A stretch of DNA of 64,000 bases, taken from sequence record OR455461.1. One strand, written 5' to 3'. This document shows, in pieces, positions 38,801-47,625 of the stretch; position 1 is the first letter of the stretch, and each line of letters starts with the position of its first letter. The notes below the pieces were generated by a model, which was not told the origin of the DNA, did not search any database, and worked only from the letters and a program-made list of their open reading frames with translations. The DNA comes from Staphylococcus phage AH12. A program made the position numbers and the translations under genes.

Positions 38801-41751
38801 TTTTAGGAAAAGGATTAAGTAAAGCTGGTTCCATCGGTAAAGGTCTATTTAGCTCTATGAAAAATGGTGGTAAAAAAGCATTAGGTTTCTTAGGTAAAGC
38901 TAAAAATAAATTATTCAGTAAAGGCGGTATGAAAGCTGCTGGAAAATTTGCTTTAAAAGCTGGTCTAAAAACAGCATTACCTTTTATACCTGTTGTTGGA
39001 CCTATTATAGGTGCTGCAATGTGGGCACCAGATATTGTTAAAACTATAAAACACCCTATTGAATCTCTTAAACATCCAATTAAAACTTTAGGAAGCTTTT
39101 TCGGATTGTCTAAGCATCCAGGAGATACTCTTGAGGCTAAACAAAAAGAAGAAAAAGAAAATGAAGATGAAACAGGTTTAGGAAGATTAATATTATCTAC
39201 TTCTAAAATGATGTTTAGATCATCTCCTTTATTCCCAATTTCCAAAGTTGGAGGAGATATGTTTAAAACAATAACTGATAATAAAATGAAGTCAGGTCCT
39301 AAAGCTGAAGAAGAAATACAAGAAAATATGTTCTATGATACTCCTTTAGGTAGCCTATATCAAATGGCTAAAGGTGGTATAGATTTCTCTACTAAAGGTG
39401 GAGGAGAAATTGGCGACTGGTTTGCTAGATTTTTAGTTAAAATGGAAGGCATGGTTGTGGCTATGTCTAAAATGAAGAATTCTAGTTCAGGAGGAGATTC
39501 ATCTTCGTCTTCATCAGATAGTGGTAGTGGACAATTACAAGGTAATGAAATTGAAATAGATAAAAATGCACCTTCTATTACATCACAATCTGTATTGAGT
39601 AAAATACCTGATAATGCTGCAGGTGCTTGGATTAAGAAACATCAATTCTGGCAACCTTTCGGTAACTATCAAGGACTATCATTTAATGGTAGTTCAAAAC
39701 ACTGGGGTATTGATATTGGTATGCCTACAGGAACAGATATATTGGCTATTGTACCTGGTACAGTAAGTAATATAATTAAAGATGTTGGTGGAGGTAATAT
39801 CGTTGAGGTCAAAAACGGTAGTATCTACACTTGGTATATGCATAATAGTAAAATAATTGCTAAAAAAGGTGATAAAGTAGGAGTAGGTCAAAAAATTGCC
39901 ATATCTGGTAATACAGGTGCTCAAACTACTGCACCACATATGCACTTCCAGGTCATGAAAGGAAGACCTTCAAATGAAACTGCGATTGATCCAGCACCTT
40001 ATGTATTTGCTAAGGTAAAAGGTAAAGGTTCAGATGATGATGACAAGAGCAGTTCTAAAGGTGGAAGTAGTAAAAAAGGTGAAAAAGATAAAGGTGGAGG
40101 ACATTCACTAATAGGTGATATGAATTCTGTATCTATGCAAAGACAACTTAAGAAGAAAAATATTCAAGATATGCAGAATAAGAGAAAAGAAATTGCTCAA
40201 CAAAAGAGAGATCAAGATAAAATTGATACACAAATAAATAGAATTAATAAGCAAGATGATTATAAAGTTAAAGAAAAAGCTAAAAAAGTAAATAAAGTAT
40301 TTAATGCAATTAAAGAAAGTAAAGAGAAAAAACAAACTGGAATATTAAGATCATCAAATCAATTTAATAAAATTTTGATTATAGGTGATGAAATAACTAA
40401 AGATGCTTCAAATGATCTTAGAATTAAAATTAAAGGTGCTAAAATAGAAGCTTCTGTAGGAAAACAATATTCTGGTGGATCTGAATCTGGTAGAAGAATA
40501 TTACAAAATAATATTGATGAGTATAACAGAACCGGTGTAGCAATAGTTATCCAATTAGGTTTAAACGGAGGATTATCTACAGGAGAAATATCAGAAATAC
40601 AGAATATGTATGATAAAGCTAATGTATATTTCGTTAATACTTATTTCAATAGTAATAAAAATGGTACTAGTTTAGATTTAACTGATTTAATGAATGCAGT
40701 CAATGAATCAATTAATGCTAGTGCAGCTAATATAATTGACTGGTTTAGCAAAGCTAATTCTGTTTTAGTTAAAGAAGATGGATATATGCCAACAAATAAA
40801 GGTAGAATGATATTAGTAGATTTAATAAAAATGTATGTAAATCCTTATATTGGTGGTGGCGGTGCTTCTGATGATAAAAAAGCAGAAGAAAAAATTGATA
40901 AAGAAGTAGAAAAAGAAAAATCTAAAGCTGATAAAAAAGATAATAAAGATGAAGATGAAAAAGGATCTGAATCTAAAGTTTCTAAAGATGAAGATGGAGA
41001 ATCTTCTGATAGTGATAGTTCTGATTCTTCTTCAGGTGCCGGAGAGTACAGTTTCAAAAATGGTACTTGGTATGGCTCTATTACTGGTAGAGATGATAGA
41101 CGAATGGATGAAGAAGAGCAAGAAGAGCTTAATGATCGTTTAATGAAACGTTATGCTAAAATCTATGGAATTGACTATGAAGAAGCTAAGAAAATAGATA
41201 AGGAACAACAAGAAGAACTTAAAGCTAAAGCAGGTAAAGAAGCTACAGAATCTGGTTCTTCAAGTGGATCAAGTTCATCTAAAGATGGAGATGATAAAGA
41301 TTCAGGATCTTCTGCAAGTTCTTCTAAAGACAAAGCTAAAGAAAATATCGAAAAAGCAGGAAGTCAAATTTCCAAATTAGGTAATGGTTTCCAATTACCT
41401 ACATTAGAGAATAGTGGTTTTTCTAATACTAATAAAACAACACAAAATAATCAAGGCGATACAAGTAATAGTACAACAAATAATAATTATAATCAAGGTC
41501 AAGAAAGCACTGTTAATAATACTGATGTGAAACAAGAATTTGTAAAAGGTAAAAATAAAACTACAAATCATTATAATAAAATTGTAAATAATTATAAAAA
41601 TTCAACTGTGACTAATGGTAATACAGATTATGTATATGATTATGAGCAATATTGGTATTCAGATGACCTCGTTAAAATGTTGTCAAATATAGATAGAAAT
41701 ACATTAGCTTCTACTAAAGAATTAGATAGACTTTTAGAAGAATTAAAATAA
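35806..41751 (+). CDS. giant virion/tail-associated protein (~1981 aa) with peptidase M23 (LytM-like) domain and a second hydrolase-like domain; tape-measure/lysin-like
   Basis: HWGIDIGMPTGTDILAIVPG...HNSKIIAKKGDKVGVGQKIAISGNTGAQTTAPHMHFQ matches the M23 HxxxD/HxH signature. Gly/Lys-rich repeats (GKGLGLGKNIFGKG..). The ORF track starts at GTG 35788. ATG 35806 is preferred from RBS context. Confidence 0.6.
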   Translation: MDNNKKNIKRLEKNNNSEIIKNASKNTSRILFNAFIKSNPALDSVIGSDGLNLMNQEERRIKNVSEIKSSTKNLIKSIKSSSEENDIFSEESEKLSNSKPEYETVTEIIDNDDGTKSEIINVSDKKKSSLVNSPLIAFNNLATINQKGFTGTNIALRNLAVSNEATSTLMNSAVLNLESIQNSIYQNTLLEENTKRGKQSKLFEIVNGNISLLKYLDNKTNIENNSMISMLGGSEGLKNILMGFAKNPIELALTTGAQMGMKKLMYGSTSGYDPDDVENKGIFSRLNRKFDPNNLGSLLVSELTDDEGRISNTLDKLKGNDNKYISNLGEALNKRIGNLKDNVLSDGTISTKNKRDKNTPVQFDRESHTSINKAIPDLLSRLQGNLIARREGKSNGLVNNSELGSIYNYSKGTWDSRGNNRKNINDKLKEKSLFNFKDTKLGKDLSNNGIEDEEVKDILFSLSKINKPVKNKDELSKYTKDINYSDIVENIFNNDISKFNIDLFNIKKSIGTEYNKIDKDGSSLMTFTDIKGLKRRNNEVQSSSARVNKINEVKDYSNIEWKNDDLDELKKLFLEIESKLDDINPENISNNKDYVNDKIGRINSIIDSSSKFNLPSYLSNEKTKSVQDKLGKLSNSVNKFNDIRKDPSSILKGNTYNDNNNEDLNSGIIDNNYTDNHPLMNLINNIKGKQSNNKVDLNKEPTKSIDDLSREEKQSKARKYLENIISTAYPKQSKTMINDMNQSDDNKKLDEMKKGLSTANAAETGEDVISKLSGSSKTKVAEDLRGTLKFGSGGAAEKEMGTKKLMNSMLDFSKPGTIAFAGLSATVLAKLMNGKKKKDQEKGLMGSVGTGLGFLGKAGLMLGGGVLAAKFLPKLLGKFLPKGAMNMFDTIKNLPGKLKGTFGKVFDAGKNFFGKGKNLIGKGLGLGKNIFGKGIKLGKNILGKGAQLGKSLMGKGSLGLIKDGFGKGASIAKSGFNKLFNLGGKNSFATKGLPKSGGILGKGLSKAGSIGKGLFSSMKNGGKKALGFLGKAKNKLFSKGGMKAAGKFALKAGLKTALPFIPVVGPIIGAAMWAPDIVKTIKHPIESLKHPIKTLGSFFGLSKHPGDTLEAKQKEEKENEDETGLGRLILSTSKMMFRSSPLFPISKVGGDMFKTITDNKMKSGPKAEEEIQENMFYDTPLGSLYQMAKGGIDFSTKGGGEIGDWFARFLVKMEGMVVAMSKMKNSSSGGDSSSSSSDSGSGQLQGNEIEIDKNAPSITSQSVLSKIPDNAAGAWIKKHQFWQPFGNYQGLSFNGSSKHWGIDIGMPTGTDILAIVPGTVSNIIKDVGGGNIVEVKNGSIYTWYMHNSKIIAKKGDKVGVGQKIAISGNTGAQTTAPHMHFQVMKGRPSNETAIDPAPYVFAKVKGKGSDDDDKSSSKGGSSKKGEKDKGGGHSLIGDMNSVSMQRQLKKKNIQDMQNKRKEIAQQKRDQDKIDTQINRINKQDDYKVKEKAKKVNKVFNAIKESKEKKQTGILRSSNQFNKILIIGDEITKDASNDLRIKIKGAKIEASVGKQYSGGSESGRRILQNNIDEYNRTGVAIVIQLGLNGGLSTGEISEIQNMYDKANVYFVNTYFNSNKNGTSLDLTDLMNAVNESINASAANIIDWFSKANSVLVKEDGYMPTNKGRMILVDLIKMYVNPYIGGGGASDDKKAEEKIDKEVEKEKSKADKKDNKDEDEKGSESKVSKDEDGESSDSDSSDSSSGAGEYSFKNGTWYGSITGRDDRRMDEEEQEELNDRLMKRYAKIYGIDYEEAKKIDKEQQEELKAKAGKEATESGSSSGSSSSKDGDDKDSGSSASSSKDKAKENIEKAGSQISKLGNGFQLPTLENSGFSNTNKTTQNNQGDTSNSTTNNNYNQGQESTVNNTDVKQEFVKGKNKTTNHYNKIVNNYKNSTVTNGNTDYVYDYEQYWYSDDLVKMLSNIDRNTLASTKELDRLLEELK
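41035..41290. repeat. about 250-bp segment nearly identical to 46375..46625 (shared between the two giant genes)
   Basis: Encodes GAGEYSFKNGTWYGSITGRDDRRMDEEEQEELNDRLMKRYAKIYGIDYEEAKKIDKEQQEELKAKAGKEATESG. The second copy reads GASEYSFKNGTWYGSITGRDDNRMDEEEQEALNDRLMKRYARIYGIDYEEAKKIDEEQQAELKAKAGKEATESG. Confidence 0.7.
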
Positions 41752-41772
41752 AAAGAGTGGTGAGAATAAAAA

Positions 41773-44700
41773 TTGGCTAAAGATAAATTTAATACTAAGA
41801 AATTAGAAAGAGAGTTCAATAGGAACTCTTCTTCTAATTCTTCTAGAAAATATATTGATAATGAATTCAAAAAGAATTTAAATAGTATGAAATCAAACAA
41901 CATGAAAAAACTTATTGATAACAATAATCCTTTAAAAGCTATCAAAGAAGTTAAAGATAATAGAAAAGAACAATTTAAGAAATTAACTGAAACTGGAAAA
42001 GATTTGTCTAAAGAAGCTCTTAAAAGTACTAAAAGAACTTTAAAAACTGGTGAAACAATCATAGATAAAGAAGCTTTAAGTAAATCATCTAATTTAGATG
42101 GTGGAACAATGGGCATGGGCGATGATTTTGATTTCAGTAGCTTTGATGATCTTGATATGGGTGATGAAAATCTAGATAATGATGAAGTAGGAGATTTTTC
42201 TTTCGATGATTTTGATGAAGAAGAAAGTAATAAATCTGAAGTAATTTCATCAACAACAATAGTTAGTGATAATTCATCTTCAGCTAAATCTTCTGCTCTT
42301 TTAACTTCTTCTATATCTAATTTATCTCAAATTAATGCCACAGGTTTTAATAATTTGATGGAAACTCTTCATTATATGAGAGAAACTAATGATAATGTTA
42401 GAACGGATTTATTTGAAGGATTAACAGGTTTAATCAAAACTAGTAATGATATTAGAAGTAATACAACCGTAAAAAATATAAGTGAAATTAAAAATAGCAA
42501 TTCTTTAGAAGATTTGTTCTTATCTAATATAACTCTTTCTAATATATTAAGTGGTAGTAAAGAAACTGGTTTTAAAGATAAAGCTAAAGACTTTGCTAAA
42601 AAACAAGGTATTGAATTAATTAAAGATGTTATTGGGAGTAGGTCTAAAGGTATACAAGGTGGACTTTTAGATAGTGCTAAAGGCAAAGCTTTTGATATAC
42701 TAAACAGTGACAAACTTAGTGAAAAGCTAACAAATATGTCAACAGTATTTACTAAAGATGAAGATAAAAAAGGTAAGAAGAAAACCAATCGTGATTTCAT
42801 AGATAAACAGAAAAGCAAACTTATAGATAAATTATTTAATAATATAGATGGTGGAATTTCAACAGCAAATAAAAAGAATAAAAATGAAAAAGTAGCTTTT
42901 GATGTTGAAACCCATAGTACTATTAATACAGTTATTCCTGGTTATTTATCTAAAATAGTTGGTTTAACTTCTGAAGATGGTCAAGAAATTCACTATGATT
43001 ATGATTCAGGTTCATTTAAAACTTCTAAATCTATTAATGATGAAATTAAAAAATCTATAGATAGTACTATTGAAAGTTCTGAATTCTTCAAGAGAGTTGA
43101 AAGTAAAGCTAAAGATAAAAATATAGACTCTAAAGATTATAAATCATTAGTAAAGAATATTATTAGTGAAAATGTTAATAGTTCTAAAGATAGTGATAAA
43201 GTTAAAACTAAGTCATCTAATGTAAATAGTCTTTTAGAAGAGCTATTTGAAGATAAAGAAGTAAAAACTAGTTTAACTAAAGCTAGAATGCAATTGAATC
43301 AAAAATCTAAATCAATTAGAAAAAATCTTGGCGGAAGTACTATAAATGCAGTTAATGATAAAGGTCAAAAACCTAAGTCATATGCTTCTAAAGGTAACAA
43401 TGAATTTTCTGACATTAATTTTAATATTATCAATAGCGATATAAGTGAAATTAAAAATATTGTATCTAGAATAAATGATAAACTAGATGTAAGAAAAAAT
43501 AATCAACAATCTTCACAAAATGATAATAATAATATTGTATCTGGAGATAGTCAAAAACAAGATAGTAAATTTGATGAAATTAAAGAAAAATTGGATGATA
43601 TTAAAGATACTAAGTCTTCTAATTCTAATAATTCTTCTAATTCTAATAATGGAAATAATTTAAATAATAGAGATGAACAAAAATCTACTTTGATTCCAGA
43701 TAGTAATGAAGCTCATGCTTCTGAAGTAAGCAGACAACAAGAAGAAAAAGAAGATAATCCATTAAAAGATGAAATTAAAGATAAAATAGAAGAAAAAGCT
43801 AAAGATAAAATTAAAGATATTGATAAAGATAAACTTAAAAGAAAAGTATTAGATAGTAAAATGGCTAATACTAAAATTGGTAAAAGTGTTATAGGTGCTG
43901 GTGAATCACTTGCCGGTAAATTTGCTGCTGGTGGAGCTTTGTTATCTGGTGCTGGAAGAGGATTACGTTCTAAACTAAGAAATAAAGCTAAAGGTAAATT
44001 TGGTGCAAGTAAAGTTGGAAGTAAATTAATGGGATCTAGAGTTGGTAAAGGTATAGCTAAAGCTGGTTTGAAAGTAGGTTCAAGAGTAGGACTAGCTGCA
44101 ACTGGTGTAGGATTACCTTTATCTATACTATTGTCTGCTCCTGAAATAATGAGTACTATAGCACATCCGATTGAATCTCTTAAACATCCAATTAAAACTT
44201 TAGGAAGCTTTATAGGTTTTAATGATCACCCTGCAAAACAGAAAAAAGAACAAGAAAAATTAGATTCAGAACAACCTAATGGTGAAAATGCTAAATTTAG
44301 TGTTGATCCTTTAATTGATTCTAAATTAACTGGTGATAAAGATAGTTCTTCATTAATTGGAAGTTTTATTAAAGACAATCCTTTATTAGCTCAAGTTCCT
44401 TTAATGGGATTAGCTGGAGTTGGACTTTATAAAGGAATTGTAAAACCTGCTTTCGGTCTAGGTATGAATATGGTACAGAAAACTACTGGAATGGCTAAAG
44501 GATTTGGTGATTCTACTGATAGTATGATGGAAGAAAAATCTGGCGGTTTTGGTGGTTTAATTAAAAAAGCTGTAGGTGGAGCTTCAATGTTATTAATGGC
44601 ACCTTTAGCTATGGCTGGAAAAGGAATTAGTAACATGGTAGGAGCTACTTCTAATCTTATTCAAGGTGGAATAGGCTTAGCTAAAAACTTATCAGGATTC

Positions 44701-47523
44701 CTTGATGACAAATTTTCTTCTCATGAAGAAGATATGTCTAATCAAAGTCGTGAAATGGTAGAAGCTAGTAAAGAAGAATTAGGTTCTTATCAAGAAGGTA
44801 TTGAAGATCATGCATCTGAAAGAGCTAAAAAAGAAATGGCTGAAATGCAAGGAATGTCTGATAAAGCTAGTAAAGATGCTAAAAAACAAGTAGAAGATTC
44901 AACTAATAAAACTAAAGATAGTATCGAGAAAGATGTTAATGGAGTGATGAAAAATTCTCCTTTATCTATCATGGGTAAAATTAGTGAAAAAATGCATAAA
45001 ATGATGCCTAATAATTTAATGAGTAAACTTAAAAAAGCTCCTAAAAAATTGGCTGAAACTATGTTAAGATTATCTCCTTTCTATTCTTTATTAAGTAAAA
45101 AGAAAAAGAAAAAATCTAAAAAAGATATAACTGATCCTGATGGTGAAGTAGTAAACAAAATTGGTGATTGGTTTGATAAACTTGGCGGAATGATGAACGA
45201 TATTATGGCAGGATTCATGGCCGGTTCATCAGGAAGTTCTTCTTCAGAAGGATCATCTGATGGAGGAGCAGAAAGTGTTGATGGTAAAGATGTTGCATCT
45301 AAAGTATGGAATTTCTTTGCTGAAAAGGGGTTAGAAGATCATCAAATAGCAGGTATATTAGGTAACTTTGAACGTGAATCCAAAATGGATCCTGGTGCTG
45401 AACAAAACTCTGGATGGGTTGGAGGTAAAGGGCTAGCTCAATGGGATGACCGTAAAGATAATCTTAAAGCATTTGCTGAAAAGAAAGGTAAGAAATGGTC
45501 TGACCTTGATGCTCAGTTAGACTTCATGTGGTATGAACTTCAAGGATCTGAATCTGCTGCTTGGTCTGCTATTAAGAAAGCTAAAAATGTTGATGAAGCA
45601 ACAGTTGTATGGGAGAATTTATATGAACGTGCAGGAGTTAAAGTTATTCCTGAAAGACAATCAAACGCTAAAAAATGGTTAGATAAACTAGGGGGTTCAT
45701 CTAAGAAATCCACTAAAGCTAAAGGTGGAGGTTCTAGTACTGTTTATAGTGATACGAACGTTAATCAATTTGCAAATATGGTATCATCTACATCTAATAA
45801 AAATAAAAAAGTTGGAAAAACTGGTTTAGTTTTAGAAAAACCTACTATTACTGGTGGAGTTTATGGTAAAGGTGGAGGTGGAGGATCCGGTGGATCTGAA
45901 AAAGATAAAATTAAACAAGCTGTACAATGGGCAATAGCTCAAGACGGTGCAACATACTCTCAGTCAAATAGACAAGGTAAAAATTCATTTGACTGTTCTA
46001 GTTTAATTGCTCGTTCATTTAAAAAAGCTGGTTTAGAAATGGATATTAATGCTACCACTTTTACTTTTAGAGATGGTGGTACTAAATTTAGAAAAATAAG
46101 TAAAGGTACTAAGAAAAAAATTGGTGATATTACTTTATGTGATAACGATAACCATGTTACTATGTATATAGGTGGAGGAAAACAAGTTGAATCATATTAT
46201 GGTCATGGTGTTGCTGTAACTCCTGCAAATAAATACCAAAAAATGGGATTACAAATTGGTATTACAATGAGATATGGCGGCGGTGGTCCTGATGATACAG
46301 GCAAACCTCTAGATGGTAGTGATAAAATAGGTGGAAGCGATAATGAAGGAGGAGACTCTAACGGTTCTTCTGCTGGAGCTTCTGAATATAGTTTCAAAAA
46401 TGGTACTTGGTACGGTTCTATTACTGGTAGAGATGATAACCGTATGGATGAAGAAGAACAAGAAGCTTTAAATGATAGATTAATGAAACGTTATGCTAGA
46501 ATTTATGGAATTGACTATGAAGAAGCTAAGAAAATAGATGAAGAACAACAGGCTGAACTTAAAGCTAAAGCAGGTAAGGAAGCTACTGAATCTGGAGCTT
46601 CAAGTGGATCAAGTTCATCATCTGACGGTTCAGAAGGGTCATCTGGCAAAGATGGTTCTGATGGAAAAGATGGTAAAGACGGTTCATCACCTTCATATAG
46701 TTCTGGAGCTGATGGTGACAATCAATCATCTTCAGGAAGTCAAGGAAATGTTAATAATAACCAAAATAATTCTAGTATAATTAATAATGGAGGAAACAAT
46801 AGTTCTACGGTTATTAATAATAATTATAATAATGGTAAGCCTACAACTAATAATAACTCTATTACAAATCAAACTATACAAGGCAACAATAATACAGTAA
46901 GAAATATCTATAATATTACTAATAATTATAATAATTCTAAAGTAAATTATGAAAATAAAGGACCTATGAAAGTAGATCCACAAAAACGTATGGATTTAGA
47001 TAATATAATTAAACATACAAGTAATATTGATAAAAATACTGCCAAAATGTTAGAACAACTTAAAGATATGTCCTTTAAAGGTAAAAATATTAATAAAGAT
47101 GGAAATACAACAAATATTTCTAATACTATTATTAATAATAAAGGTGATTTAGTAGATTCTAAAGGTAATGTAATTATTAAAGATATTCAAAAAGAGCTTG
47201 AAAAAATTATTAAAGAAAATCCTAATATTATTAATAATGGTTCTAATGGTCAAAATGGTTCTAATGGATCTAATGGTTCTAATGGAAATAGTAACAATAA
47301 TAATGGAAATGATAATCAATCAAATCCTAATAATCCTAATGATCCAAACAATTCTAATAATCCAAATAATCCTAATGATCCAAATAATCCTTATACTCCT
47401 GATGGTTCAAGTCAAGATCCATCTACAGGTAATCAGGATTTACAAGAAGCAATTAGAGATTCTTATGGAGATAGATTTGTTATTGACGTTAGACCAGCTA
47501 TACCTGTTTTCTCAGGAAAATAA
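41773..47523 (+). CDS. giant virion/tail-associated protein (1916 aa) with phage-tail-lysozyme-like domain and NlpC/P60 (CHAP-like) peptidase domain
   Basis: GILGNFERESKMDPGAEQNSGWVGGKGLAQWD matches the phage tail lysozyme domain. ..NSFDCSSLIARSF..HVTMYIGGG..YGHG gives the Cys/His papain-like NlpC/P60 signature. TTG start after GAGTGGTGAG. Shares segments with the preceding gene. Confidence 0.6.
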   Translation: MAKDKFNTKKLEREFNRNSSSNSSRKYIDNEFKKNLNSMKSNNMKKLIDNNNPLKAIKEVKDNRKEQFKKLTETGKDLSKEALKSTKRTLKTGETIIDKEALSKSSNLDGGTMGMGDDFDFSSFDDLDMGDENLDNDEVGDFSFDDFDEEESNKSEVISSTTIVSDNSSSAKSSALLTSSISNLSQINATGFNNLMETLHYMRETNDNVRTDLFEGLTGLIKTSNDIRSNTTVKNISEIKNSNSLEDLFLSNITLSNILSGSKETGFKDKAKDFAKKQGIELIKDVIGSRSKGIQGGLLDSAKGKAFDILNSDKLSEKLTNMSTVFTKDEDKKGKKKTNRDFIDKQKSKLIDKLFNNIDGGISTANKKNKNEKVAFDVETHSTINTVIPGYLSKIVGLTSEDGQEIHYDYDSGSFKTSKSINDEIKKSIDSTIESSEFFKRVESKAKDKNIDSKDYKSLVKNIISENVNSSKDSDKVKTKSSNVNSLLEELFEDKEVKTSLTKARMQLNQKSKSIRKNLGGSTINAVNDKGQKPKSYASKGNNEFSDINFNIINSDISEIKNIVSRINDKLDVRKNNQQSSQNDNNNIVSGDSQKQDSKFDEIKEKLDDIKDTKSSNSNNSSNSNNGNNLNNRDEQKSTLIPDSNEAHASEVSRQQEEKEDNPLKDEIKDKIEEKAKDKIKDIDKDKLKRKVLDSKMANTKIGKSVIGAGESLAGKFAAGGALLSGAGRGLRSKLRNKAKGKFGASKVGSKLMGSRVGKGIAKAGLKVGSRVGLAATGVGLPLSILLSAPEIMSTIAHPIESLKHPIKTLGSFIGFNDHPAKQKKEQEKLDSEQPNGENAKFSVDPLIDSKLTGDKDSSSLIGSFIKDNPLLAQVPLMGLAGVGLYKGIVKPAFGLGMNMVQKTTGMAKGFGDSTDSMMEEKSGGFGGLIKKAVGGASMLLMAPLAMAGKGISNMVGATSNLIQGGIGLAKNLSGFLDDKFSSHEEDMSNQSREMVEASKEELGSYQEGIEDHASERAKKEMAEMQGMSDKASKDAKKQVEDSTNKTKDSIEKDVNGVMKNSPLSIMGKISEKMHKMMPNNLMSKLKKAPKKLAETMLRLSPFYSLLSKKKKKKSKKDITDPDGEVVNKIGDWFDKLGGMMNDIMAGFMAGSSGSSSSEGSSDGGAESVDGKDVASKVWNFFAEKGLEDHQIAGILGNFERESKMDPGAEQNSGWVGGKGLAQWDDRKDNLKAFAEKKGKKWSDLDAQLDFMWYELQGSESAAWSAIKKAKNVDEATVVWENLYERAGVKVIPERQSNAKKWLDKLGGSSKKSTKAKGGGSSTVYSDTNVNQFANMVSSTSNKNKKVGKTGLVLEKPTITGGVYGKGGGGGSGGSEKDKIKQAVQWAIAQDGATYSQSNRQGKNSFDCSSLIARSFKKAGLEMDINATTFTFRDGGTKFRKISKGTKKKIGDITLCDNDNHVTMYIGGGKQVESYYGHGVAVTPANKYQKMGLQIGITMRYGGGGPDDTGKPLDGSDKIGGSDNEGGDSNGSSAGASEYSFKNGTWYGSITGRDDNRMDEEEQEALNDRLMKRYARIYGIDYEEAKKIDEEQQAELKAKAGKEATESGASSGSSSSSDGSEGSSGKDGSDGKDGKDGSSPSYSSGADGDNQSSSGSQGNVNNNQNNSSIINNGGNNSSTVINNNYNNGKPTTNNNSITNQTIQGNNNTVRNIYNITNNYNNSKVNYENKGPMKVDPQKRMDLDNIIKHTSNIDKNTAKMLEQLKDMSFKGKNINKDGNTTNISNTIINNKGDLVDSKGNVIIKDIQKELEKIIKENPNIINNGSNGQNGSNGSNGSNGNSNNNNGNDNQSNPNNPNDPNNSNNPNNPNDPNNPYTPDGSSQDPSTGNQDLQEAIRDSYGDRFVIDVRPAIPVFSGK
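46375..46625. repeat. second copy of the shared about 250-bp segment
   Basis: See 41035..41290. A second shared block (..HPIESLKHPIKTLGSF..) lies at 39055..39105 and 44165..44215. Confidence 0.7.
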
Positions 47524-47566
47524 TATTTTGATGCAACATAAATTTATAGTAAATAAATTAAATTGG

Positions 47567-47605
47567 GGATATGACATTTATTATGTGTCATATCCTCTTT
47601 ATTAT
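47567..47605 (+). terminator. rho-independent terminator
   Basis: Stem GGATATGACA..TGTCATATCC then TCTTTATTATTT. Confidence 0.5.
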
Positions 47606-47625
47606 TTAAAAGGAAGTGAAATAAA

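Noticed and set aside
38643-39245. Antisense ORFs inside the giant genes (38643..39245, 34245..34745, 40845..41057, 42372..42818, 46515..46983, 47198..47674 and similar)
   Set aside because: They lie opposite long, well-supported CDSs in low-complexity repeat regions. They have biased composition and no RBS, and are likely spurious.
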